Source: Pseudomonadota bacterium
Lineage (GTDB): Bacteria > Pseudomonadota > Alphaproteobacteria > Rhodospirillales > Magnetospirillaceae
Assembly (NCBI GenBank): GCA_040751765.1
Contig: JBFMHS010000409.1
Span: forward strand, 1 to 47,772
Direction of reading: 5' to 3'
DNA: 47,772 bases
A program made the position numbers and the translations under genes. The notes under the pieces were generated by a model. It was not told where the DNA came from. It did not search any database and saw only the letters and a list, made by a program, of their open reading frames with translations. The stretch's first letter is position 1; each line of letters starts with the position of its first letter. Positions 37,385-45,091 of the stretch are shown in pieces.

Positions 37385-37678
37385 ATGAAGTGCGACAGCC
37401 TCGATCAGGTGCGCGAGAACATCGACCGTCTCGAACGGCAGATCGTACCGCTGCTGGCCGAACGCGCCGGCTATGTCGAGCAGGCCGCCCGCTTCAAGGA
37501 CACCAAGAGCGCGGTGGTCGACCCCGACCGCATCGAGGCCATCGTGCTGAAGGTCCGCCACATGGCGGTCGAGGAAGGCACCGATCCCGACCTGATCGAG
37601 CACATCTACCGCGCCATGATCAACGCCTTCATCATCCACGAATCCCAGGAGTGGAAGAAGGTCCACGGCGAGGGCTGA
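37385..37678 (+). CDS. Standalone AroQ-type chorismate mutase / PchB-like
   Basis: C-terminal part of ORF 36326..37678. AGGAGG RBS then ATG at 37385. 'LDQVRENIDRLERQIVPLLAERAGYVEQAARFK...DPDRIEAIV'. Confidence 0.78.
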   Translation: MKCDSLDQVRENIDRLERQIVPLLAERAGYVEQAARFKDTKSAVVDPDRIEAIVLKVRHMAVEEGTDPDLIEHIYRAMINAFIIHESQEWKKVHGEG

Positions 37679-37685
37679 GGCGCCC

Positions 37686-38702
37686 TCACCAGCGCATGAT
37701 GCCGCCCATGGGCTTCTTCTTCTCGCCCAGGCCGCGCTTGGTCATCAGCACCCAGTCGTTGACCTGCATGAAGCGCGGCGCCAGGAACTGGTAGATGTCG
37801 CGGATGCGGTTGATGTTCTCGTCCGAGCGGACGACGAACACCGTCTTCCACACCGGGATGATGTCCTCCCACGGCATCAGGCGGCGGTGCAACTCGTCGC
37901 GCACCGAGCGGATGTAGTCGATCTGGTTGTCGATGTTCTTCAGCATGGCCAGGATCTCGCCGGTCTGGGCGTCGATCTGGTCGAAGTAGTCCTGGAACAC
38001 CTTCAGTGCCCGCTGCGACAGGCGCGCCACCTGGTCGGTGGTCTCGATCATGCTGCGGTCGGCCGAGTAGATGCGGCGCAGGCCCTGCAGCTTCTCGTCG
38101 ATCTTCTTGATCTCGGCGTAGACGTCGCGCTCGGCCTCGATATAGGCCAGCTCCTTGGCCAGTGCCTCGATGTAGTGGACCACGTCCTCGCGGCGCTCGC
38201 GGCCCAGGCCGATCTCCTCGGCCGCCTCGGCGAAGGCGAGGTTGACGTTCTTTTTGACCTGCGGGTCGTCGGCGACCTGGGCCAGTTCCTCCACCGAGGT
38301 GAAGATGTGCTCGTTGCCGGTCAGCCAGGTCACCAGCTGCATGGTCAGGCGCTGATGGGCGATGCGGCGGTGGCGGTCGGTGGGCTCCCACGAGGCCTCG
38401 CGGGTCAGGATCTCCTTGGGAAGCTTCTCGCCGACGCGCAGGCCGCGCACGAACTGGAGCCCCTCGGCCACGCGGGCGAGCATGCGGGCGTCGTGGTTGT
38501 CCTCGCCCAGCATGAATTCCTTCTTGATGCCGTCGAAGGACAGCACGGCGTCGTTGTTGGCGAGCTTGAGCACCGCGACCGCCTCGCCGGTGTCGCTGAG
38601 GCGGAAATACAGGTCCTCGAAGGACTGGAAGAACTTGTGGTCGAACCGGATGACGTCCTCGTCCTCCGGTGACGCCTTCTTCTGCTCTTCAACGGCGGCC
38701 AT
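37686..38702 (-). CDS. Hypothetical soluble protein, 338 aa, no recognisable domain
   Basis: Long ORF with GC3-rich codons and an Asp/Glu/Lys/Ile-rich helical-looking sequence. Its stop is 7 nt from the convergent chorismate mutase stop. Confidence 0.7.
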   Translation of the reverse strand: MAAVEEQKKASPEDEDVIRFDHKFFQSFEDLYFRLSDTGEAVAVLKLANNDAVLSFDGIKKEFMLGEDNHDARMLARVAEGLQFVRGLRVGEKLPKEILTREASWEPTDRHRRIAHQRLTMQLVTWLTGNEHIFTSVEELAQVADDPQVKKNVNLAFAEAAEEIGLGRERREDVVHYIEALAKELAYIEAERDVYAEIKKIDEKLQGLRRIYSADRSMIETTDQVARLSQRALKVFQDYFDQIDAQTGEILAMLKNIDNQIDYIRSVRDELHRRLMPWEDIIPVWKTVFVVRSDENINRIRDIYQFLAPRFMQVNDWVLMTKRGLGEKKKPMGGIMRW

Positions 38703-38887
38703 GTTCCCCGTCCGACACCGTCATCCCCAACCGGTCTGCCCACGATCCGGCTCGCCAGTATGCCGCCGCCGGGCAGTGGCGACAAGGGGGTGCTTGGAGC
38801 ATGATCCGACCTGTCGGAACATGCCCGCCCGCCCTTGCTGCGGGGGCCAGGCAGGCGGAGGCTGGGCCCGGCGAGGGCGAACAAAAG

Positions 38888-39796
38888 CTAGCCGTCGGCC
38901 TCGACGAAGAGATGGCCCTCGCGGCCATGGACGTAGCCGTTGGCGAATTCCGCGCCGGGGCACAGCTCGGCCAGGCGGGCGCCGGCCTCGGCGGCGTCCA
39001 GCGCCCCCGCCAGCACGCCCCGGAACAGCGCCGCCACCGCCACCATGTCCACGTCCTGCGGCCACAGGCGGAACCGGCGCACGCCGGCGCGGCGCAGGTC
39101 TCCCAACTCGGCCAGCAGGTCGAGATAGTGGTAGGACATGGTCTGGGTGCCGTTGACGGCCAGGAACGGCTCGTCGTCCAGGGTGTCCACCGCCATGCCG
39201 TCGGGGTCCTCGGCGCAGACGTACTGGCAGCCGTCCTTGGCCAGGTTGCGCGAGCGGGCATGATAGCAGCGGGCCGAGATGGCCAGCGGCAGCCGCCCGA
39301 AGGCCTGGACCTCGATCTCGGCCTTGGCCGACCTGGCCAGAAGGCCGATGACCTCGGCCGGAAGCTCGGCCGGCAGGCAGGCGCGGATGGCTCCCCGGCT
39401 CTCCAAATAGGCCAGGGTGCCTTCGTTGTAGACGTTGACCATGGGGCCGACCACGAAGGGTTTGCCGCCCATCATGGCCGCCACCGAGACGTCGTTGGCC
39501 TCGATCAGCCAACCCTCCGAGCCGGCCAGCTCGCGGGCCTGCTCCAGTTCGCGCTCGCTCATGATCAGCGCCAGCGACGACAGCACCACTTCCTTGCCGG
39601 CGGCGGCCAGGCGCTCGATCACCTCGGGCAGGTAGGGGGTGAAGAACGGCGTGCGCTTCGAGCACACCACCTCGCCGACGCAGACCGTATCCAGGTCGGC
39701 CTCGTCGGCGATGCGGAAATAGAAGTCGCGCAGGTCTTCGGGCCGCCAGTTGAACAGGCAGGGACCCAGGGTCAGCAGGGCGGGGGACAGGGTCAT
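38888..39796 (-). CDS. ubiV: U32-family protein UbiV (O2-independent ubiquinone hydroxylation)
   Basis: C-terminal 302 aa of ORF 38888..40561, from 'MTLSPALLTLGPCLFNW'. The Cys pattern 'VCVGEVVCSKR ... ARCYHARSRNLAKDGCQYVC' resembles the UbiV Fe-S ligands. Confidence 0.8.
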   Translation of the reverse strand: MTLSPALLTLGPCLFNWRPEDLRDFYFRIADEADLDTVCVGEVVCSKRTPFFTPYLPEVIERLAAAGKEVVLSSLALIMSERELEQARELAGSEGWLIEANDVSVAAMMGGKPFVVGPMVNVYNEGTLAYLESRGAIRACLPAELPAEVIGLLARSAKAEIEVQAFGRLPLAISARCYHARSRNLAKDGCQYVCAEDPDGMAVDTLDDEPFLAVNGTQTMSYHYLDLLAELGDLRRAGVRRFRLWPQDVDMVAVAALFRGVLAGALDAAEAGARLAELCPGAEFANGYVHGREGHLFVEADG

Positions 39797-39804
39797 GGTC
39801 TTGG

Positions 39805-40800
39805 TCAACGCCAGGCCTTCTCGTAAGCGCCGGTGGTCTGCCGGCCGCCCTCGGTGATGCGGTCGAGGTCGATGTCGGGCAGCGCCCGGCCCTCCAGCAC
39901 GGCGTCGACGCCGGCCCGGAACGCCTGCACCACCGCCGCCACATAGGCGCGGCCGCGCTGGCGGCCCTCGATCTTGAAGGCGGTCACGCCCGCCTTGATC
40001 AGGTCGGGCAGGATGGCCAGGGTGTTCAGCGAGGTGGGCTCCTCGAACAGATAGCTGGTGCGGCCGGCCGCCTGGAAGCGGCCCTTGCACAAGGTGGGAT
40101 AGCCGGCCGGCTCGCCGGCGCCGAAGCGGTTGATGGTGAAGCCCGCCAGCTGCGAGGTCACTCCGCCCGACGCCTCCTCCACGTAGCGGACGTGGCTGGC
40201 CGGCGAGCAGACGCCGTTCATGTTGGGCGACTGGCCGGTGGCGTAGGACGACAGCGCGCAGCGCCCCTCGGCCATCACGCACAGGCCGCCAAACACGAAC
40301 ACCTCGGTCTCGACCGGGCGGATCCTGTCGTTGAGCGCCGCGATCTCCTGCACCGTCAGTACGCGCGGCAGCACCACCCGCTTGACCCCGAAGGTGTCGG
40401 CGTAGAAGCGGATCGCCTCGGGGTTGGAGGCGGCGGCCTGGACCGAGAGATGCAGGCGCAGCCCGGGATGGGTGCGGGCGGCGTAGTCGATCAGGCCGAT
40501 ATCGGCCAGGATCACCGCGTCGGCCGCCAGCCGGGCGGCGTCGTCCACCGCCTGGTGCCACAGTTGGGGCTGGCCGGCGCGAGGGAAGGTGTTGATGGCC
40601 ACCAGCACCTTGGCCCCGCGCTCGTGGGCATAGGCGATGCCCTCCGCCAGCTCCTTGCGGCTGAAGTTGAGGCCGGGGAAGTTGCGGGCGTTGGTCTCGT
40701 CGCGGAAGCCGACATAGACGCAGTCGGCGCCGGCGTCCACCGCGCTCCGCAGGGCCGCCGGGGTGCCGGCGGGGCAGACCAGCTCGGGACGTTCCATCAC
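39805..40800 (-). CDS. ubiU: U32-family protein UbiU
   Basis: 331 aa, 'ELVCPAGTPAALRSAVDAGADCVYVG', with the Cys cluster 'GGLCVMAEGRCALSS...GVCSP...TLCKGRF'. Confidence 0.82.
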   Translation of the reverse strand: MMERPELVCPAGTPAALRSAVDAGADCVYVGFRDETNARNFPGLNFSRKELAEGIAYAHERGAKVLVAINTFPRAGQPQLWHQAVDDAARLAADAVILADIGLIDYAARTHPGLRLHLSVQAAASNPEAIRFYADTFGVKRVVLPRVLTVQEIAALNDRIRPVETEVFVFGGLCVMAEGRCALSSYATGQSPNMNGVCSPASHVRYVEEASGGVTSQLAGFTINRFGAGEPAGYPTLCKGRFQAAGRTSYLFEEPTSLNTLAILPDLIKAGVTAFKIEGRQRGRAYVAAVVQAFRAGVDAVLEGRALPDIDLDRITEGGRQTTGAYEKAWR

Positions 40801-41492
40801 GCCATGCCCCGCGAGCGGCGGTCCTGGGCGCGGGCGGCCTTACGCAGCTGGCGGACTTCGGCCTCCAGCTCGGCCAGGCGCGCGGCCTGGAGGTCGCGGT
40901 CCTTGAGCGCCGGGGCGATCATGGCCTGGCGCAGCGTCTCGACATTGGCGCGCAGCGAGGCCACCAGCCCCAGCGCGGCGCCGGCGACGCGGCGAGCCGG
41001 GCGGGCAAAGGGGCCCATGGCCGAGGTCAGGTCCTCGACCAGGTCGATGCCGGCGCCGTCGATGGCGTTGCGCAACGCCACCACCACCTCGGTGTCGCCC
41101 TCGATGACCAGCTGGCGCGAGAAGAACAGGGCGTCGCCGTCCACCTTGCCCTCGGCCAGGGCGATCAGCGTCTCCAGCGGGCCGCGGATGGTGGCCGACA
41201 CCTCGCCCGGATCGACGGCGCGCCGCACCACCAGCCGCGGATCGGCGGGATGAGGCTCGAACAGGATGACGAAGGGCAGGTCGACGGGATCGATGCACAC
41301 CACGGAGTCGGCAAAGGGCTCCATGCGCTCCAGGATGTCGGGATGGCGGTTGCGGATGACGCGCAGCATGGCGTCGAACACCGGCTGCAACAGGGTCGGC
41401 CGCACCGGCCTGAGCGCCATTCCCAGCAGCAGCACCGGTGAGAACGGCGGCGTCGCCGGCTTCGCGCCCGGCCGCGTCTGACCTTCCAGCAT
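40797..41492 (-). CDS. ubiT: SCP2-domain lipid-binding protein UbiT with a C-terminal coiled-coil extension
   Basis: Within ORF 40797..41627. Start 'MLEGQTRPG' with an upstream GAGGA. SCP2 signature 'DALFFSRQLVIEGDTEVVVALRNAID'. Confidence 0.75.
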   Translation of the reverse strand: MLEGQTRPGAKPATPPFSPVLLLGMALRPVRPTLLQPVFDAMLRVIRNRHPDILERMEPFADSVVCIDPVDLPFVILFEPHPADPRLVVRRAVDPGEVSATIRGPLETLIALAEGKVDGDALFFSRQLVIEGDTEVVVALRNAIDGAGIDLVEDLTSAMGPFARPARRVAGAALGLVASLRANVETLRQAMIAPALKDRDLQAARLAELEAEVRQLRKAARAQDRRSRGMA

Positions 41493-41550
41493 GATGTTCC
41501 CAATCCTCGATCGACGGGACGTATACTCCAGTTGGTCATAGCCCCCCTCA

Positions 41551-41564
41551 TTGACCGCCGTCAA
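41551..41564. promoter_or_regulatory. Perfect FNR/FixK-type anaerobox TTGAC-CGCC-GTCAA upstream of ubiT
   Basis: Exact 14-bp palindrome TTGACCGCCGTCAA, centred about 65 nt upstream of the ubiT ATG, in the ubiT / REC-cNMP divergent region. Confidence 0.55.
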
Positions 41565-41676
41565 GCCGCCCGCCCCCCGCCGCTTCGTTTTGCTTGGCAC
41601 GGCCGGCGCGGAAGGATAGATAGGCAAAAGGGGAGCGGTGGGACGCGTTTAGCGCGCAAAGGGGACACCTGAAAGC

Positions 41677-42660
41677 ATGATTGTCGACATCGACCTGGCT
41701 CCGCTGACGGTGCTGATCATCGATGACAGCCGCTATGCACGCTCGTTCCTGAAGTCGGCGCTGCATTCCTTCGGCATCCGCCAGATCCTCGAGGCCGGTT
41801 CGGGCCCCGACGGCATCCACATGCTGGCCGAGCACAAGGTCGACCTGGTCCTGGTCGACTACGACATGGACCCCATGAACGGCATCGACTTCACCCGGTT
41901 CCTGCGCTCGGGCGAACTGCCCGGCTGCCGCGAGCTGCCGGTGATCATGATCTCCGGCATGGCCGAGATGGAAAAGGTCGTCGAGGCCCGCAACGGCGGC
42001 GTCAGCGAATTCCTGGCCAAGCCGGTGTCGGCGGAATCGCTGTTCCGCCGCATCCGCAACGCCCTGGTCAATCCGCGCCCCTTCGTCGACTGCGAGAGCT
42101 ATGTGGGGCCGTGCCGGCGCACCGTCGACCGCGGGCCGCCGGACCAGACCGAGCGCCGGGTTGCGCCGCCTCTGCCCAGGCCCAAGCCGCTGGTCGCGAT
42201 TGCCCAGGGCAGCGCCCGGCCCACCGTCAACCGCGCGGTGGCGCAGGCCGCGGCGGCCAAGGCCAAGGCGGCCGGGTCGGAACGGACCAGCCGCAAGCGC
42301 TTCAAGGCCGGCACCCGCATCTTCGACGAGGGCGCCGAGGGCCACGAGGCGTATGTGGTGGAGACCGGCCGGGTGACCATCTTCAAGGAAACCGCCGCCG
42401 GCAAGGTGGTCCTCGGCCATCTCGGTCCGCAGGGCATCTTCGGCGAGATGGCCTTGATCGACGGCGAGCCGCGCATGGCCTCGGCCGAGGCGGCGGAGGA
42501 CACGGTGTGCCTGGTCATCCCCAAGGCGGCGCTGGCCGCCCAGATCGGCCGCACCCCCGATCTGGTCATCCTGGTGCTCGAAACCCTGTTGCAGGACATC
42601 CGCAAAATGGGCCACGAGCTGGTCGAGGTGCGCGGGCGCCTCAATCCGCCGAGGCGCTGA
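41677..42660 (+). CDS. Response-regulator receiver fused to a cyclic-nucleotide-binding (CAP effector) domain, with no DNA-binding output
   Basis: 327 aa. REC 'LIIDDS...LVLVDYDMDPMNG...EFLAKP', a Pro/Ala-rich linker, then cNMP cassette 'FGEMALIDGEPRMASAEA'. Confidence 0.85.
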   Translation: MIVDIDLAPLTVLIIDDSRYARSFLKSALHSFGIRQILEAGSGPDGIHMLAEHKVDLVLVDYDMDPMNGIDFTRFLRSGELPGCRELPVIMISGMAEMEKVVEARNGGVSEFLAKPVSAESLFRRIRNALVNPRPFVDCESYVGPCRRTVDRGPPDQTERRVAPPLPRPKPLVAIAQGSARPTVNRAVAQAAAAKAKAAGSERTSRKRFKAGTRIFDEGAEGHEAYVVETGRVTIFKETAAGKVVLGHLGPQGIFGEMALIDGEPRMASAEAAEDTVCLVIPKAALAAQIGRTPDLVILVLETLLQDIRKMGHELVEVRGRLNPPRR

Positions 42661-42749
42661 ACACGCCGACGCTGACGAGGATTGTCCGCCCTCCCGGTTC
42701 CCGCTACCCTCCGCGCGGACTTGGCCTTGGGAGTGGCGGCGTGGACGGC

Positions 42750-43364
42750 ATGGTGTTCCTGCGCGGATTGGCGATCGGCTTCGCGGTGGCGGCGCCGATC
42801 GGGCCGGTGGGCATCCTGTGCATCCGCAAGGCGCTGGCCGATGGCCGCGTCGCCGCCCTGGCCGCCGGGCTGGGCGCCGCCCTGGCCGACACCGTGTTCG
42901 GTGCCGTGGTCGGCCTCGGCCTAGGGGCGGCGTCGCACTTCCTCAACGGCCATGCCGCCATCCTCAAGACGGTGGGCGGGCTGTTCATGCTGGCGCTGGG
43001 CGCCAAGACCTGGATGGCCGCCGCCTTCGCCGTCGAGCCGCCCGAGGGGCGCGGCCCCGGCCTGGCGCGGGATTTCGCCTCGACCTTCCTGATCACCATC
43101 ACCAATCCCGGCACCATCCTCGGCGTGATGGGCGTGTTCGCGGCGCTGGGTGCCGCCGCCAAGCCGGCGGGGGCGGGCGAGGCGTGGCTGCTGGTGGGCG
43201 GAATCTTCCTGGGCTCGACCCTGTGGTGGCTGGTGCTGGCGGAACTGACGATCCTGGTCCGCGCCCGCTTCTCGCCGACCGCGATCAGCCGCCTGAACCA
43301 CGTGTCGGGGGCGCTGCTGATGCTGTTCGGGCTGGGAGCGCTGGCCAGCCTGGCGTGGGACTAG
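42750..43364 (+). CDS. LysE/RhtB-family amino-acid exporter
   Basis: C-terminal 204 aa of ORF 42111..43364, 'MVFLRGLAIGFAVAAPIGPVGILCIRKAL', 'ITNPGTIL'. Confidence 0.85.
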   Translation: MVFLRGLAIGFAVAAPIGPVGILCIRKALADGRVAALAAGLGAALADTVFGAVVGLGLGAASHFLNGHAAILKTVGGLFMLALGAKTWMAAAFAVEPPEGRGPGLARDFASTFLITITNPGTILGVMGVFAALGAAAKPAGAGEAWLLVGGIFLGSTLWWLVLAELTILVRARFSPTAISRLNHVSGALLMLFGLGALASLAWD

Positions 43365-44378
43365 TCACATCGGCCCGCTGGGTCCCTGGACACTGGGCTG
43401 GTACGAGCAGCCGCCGCCGAGATATGTGGGCAGGATGGCCTCGGCGGTGGTGGGCTGGATGCCCAGCTCGGCCAGGCCCGGCTTGCCACCGCGCACCACG
43501 TTGTCCACCCGCATCAACGCCACCTGGTCGGGGGTCAGCACCGGCGTCGGCAGGTATTGCAGCAGCGCCGCCTGCAGACGCGCCACCCCGAACGGCAGCG
43601 GCAGCAGCAGGCGCCGGCGGCCGGTCATGCGCAGCACCAGCTCCATGACCTCCTTCATGGAATAGCGGCGCGGCCCACCCAGCTCGAACACCTTGCCGGC
43701 CAGCGTCGGGTCCTCGACGGCGCGGGCCATGGCCTCGGCGACGTCACCCACATAGACCGGCTGGAAGATCGGGCCGCCCGAGCCGTAGAGGTCGAGGACA
43801 TAGCCGGATTCGGTGCGCTTGGGGGCGAAGCCGTCGGCGGTGATCACCGGCAGGAACGGCGACAGCGCCGCCATGCGGGCGAACCGGTTGAAGAAGTCGT
43901 CCTCGGGGCCGAACACCACGCTGGGGCGGATGATCGCCGCCGACGGAAAGGCGGCCTGGACCGCTTCCTCGCCCGCCGCCTTCGAACGGGCATAGGCCGA
44001 GGGCGAACCCTTGTCGGCGCCCAGGGCCGACATGTGGACCAGCCGCGACACGCCGGCCTCGGCGGCGGCCTTGGCGACGGTCTCGGCGGCCTGGCGGTGG
44101 ACGCGGTCGAAGCTTCGCCGGCCGCGCTCGTAGAGGATGCCCACCAGATTGACCACGGCGTCGGCGCCGCCCACCGCCATCGCGACGCTGGCCGGGTCGG
44201 TGACGTCGGCGCGGATGGGATTGATCTGGCCGACATCGCCCAGGGGGCGCAGGAACTCGGCCGCCACCGGATCGCGCACCGCGACGCGCACGATCCATCC
44301 CCGGGCGGCCAGGCGCTGGACCAGATGCCTGCCAATAAAACCAGAGCCGCCGAAAACGGTGACCAGCCTCCGCGCCAT
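43365..44378 (-). CDS. NAD(P)-binding SDR, complex I NDUFA9-like family protein
   Basis: 337 aa, 'VTVFGGSGFIGRHLV', 'YARSKAAGE'. Confidence 0.85.
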   Translation of the reverse strand: MARRLVTVFGGSGFIGRHLVQRLAARGWIVRVAVRDPVAAEFLRPLGDVGQINPIRADVTDPASVAMAVGGADAVVNLVGILYERGRRSFDRVHRQAAETVAKAAAEAGVSRLVHMSALGADKGSPSAYARSKAAGEEAVQAAFPSAAIIRPSVVFGPEDDFFNRFARMAALSPFLPVITADGFAPKRTESGYVLDLYGSGGPIFQPVYVGDVAEAMARAVEDPTLAGKVFELGGPRRYSMKEVMELVLRMTGRRRLLLPLPFGVARLQAALLQYLPTPVLTPDQVALMRVDNVVRGGKPGLAELGIQPTTAEAILPTYLGGGCSYQPSVQGPSGPM

Positions 44379-44533
44379 GCCTTCCTCCGATTTCTTCTTC
44401 CCCGTGGCCCCGGTCCACTGGCCGGATACCTTGAATCATTGGTGATCGAGGCTAGACGTTTCCAGAGGGGAACGCAACGCCCCGCCTCGGCGGGTGGTTG
44501 CCGACCGGCCCGTGGTGGGGGTACCCTCGGCCC

Positions 44534-45088
44534 ATGCGTGGATCAGTCCTGGCCTTGATCGCTGTTGCCGCCGCCGCGCCCGCCTGGGCCGGGGAGCGGC
44601 TGCAGGTGCCCCAGCTGCCGGGGTGGGTGGCGGTGGCTTCCTATGCCGGCCCTGACTCCGAGGTCACCGAGCTGGTGCCGCAAGGCGAGGAGGAAGAAGG
44701 CTGGAGCCGCCGCATCGTGGTCCAGGCCTTCCGCGACGCCGCCATGGCGGTGCCGGCCTTCCTGGATCTGGCGGCGGCCAATTCCGCCGCCCTGTGCGCC
44801 GAAGGCGCCTCCGCCGAGCCCGCCCGCGTCGGCCGGCTGGGTCCGCTGGACGCCGGTTCGCGCCTCATCTCCTGCGGCCGCACCAAAGCCGAGGGCCGGG
44901 GCGAGGTGGCGCTGCACTATGCCATCCGGGGCCGCGACGCCTTCTACGTGGTGGTGCGGGCCTGGCGCGGCTCCCCCTTCGCCGCCGGAGCCGGTCCGGT
45001 GTCGCGGCGGGAACTGGACGACTGGATCGGCTTCATGCGTGCCGTCACCGTCTGCGACAGCCGCGATCCGTCACGCCCGTGCCGGTAG
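44534..45088 (+). CDS. Secreted hypothetical protein (184 aa)
   Basis: Within ORF 44498..45088. Signal peptide 'MRGSVLALIAVAAAAPAWA'. No recognised family. Confidence 0.6.
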   Translation: MRGSVLALIAVAAAAPAWAGERLQVPQLPGWVAVASYAGPDSEVTELVPQGEEEEGWSRRIVVQAFRDAAMAVPAFLDLAAANSAALCAEGASAEPARVGRLGPLDAGSRLISCGRTKAEGRGEVALHYAIRGRDAFYVVVRAWRGSPFAAGAGPVSRRELDDWIGFMRAVTVCDSRDPSRPCR

Positions 45089-45091
45089 GGG

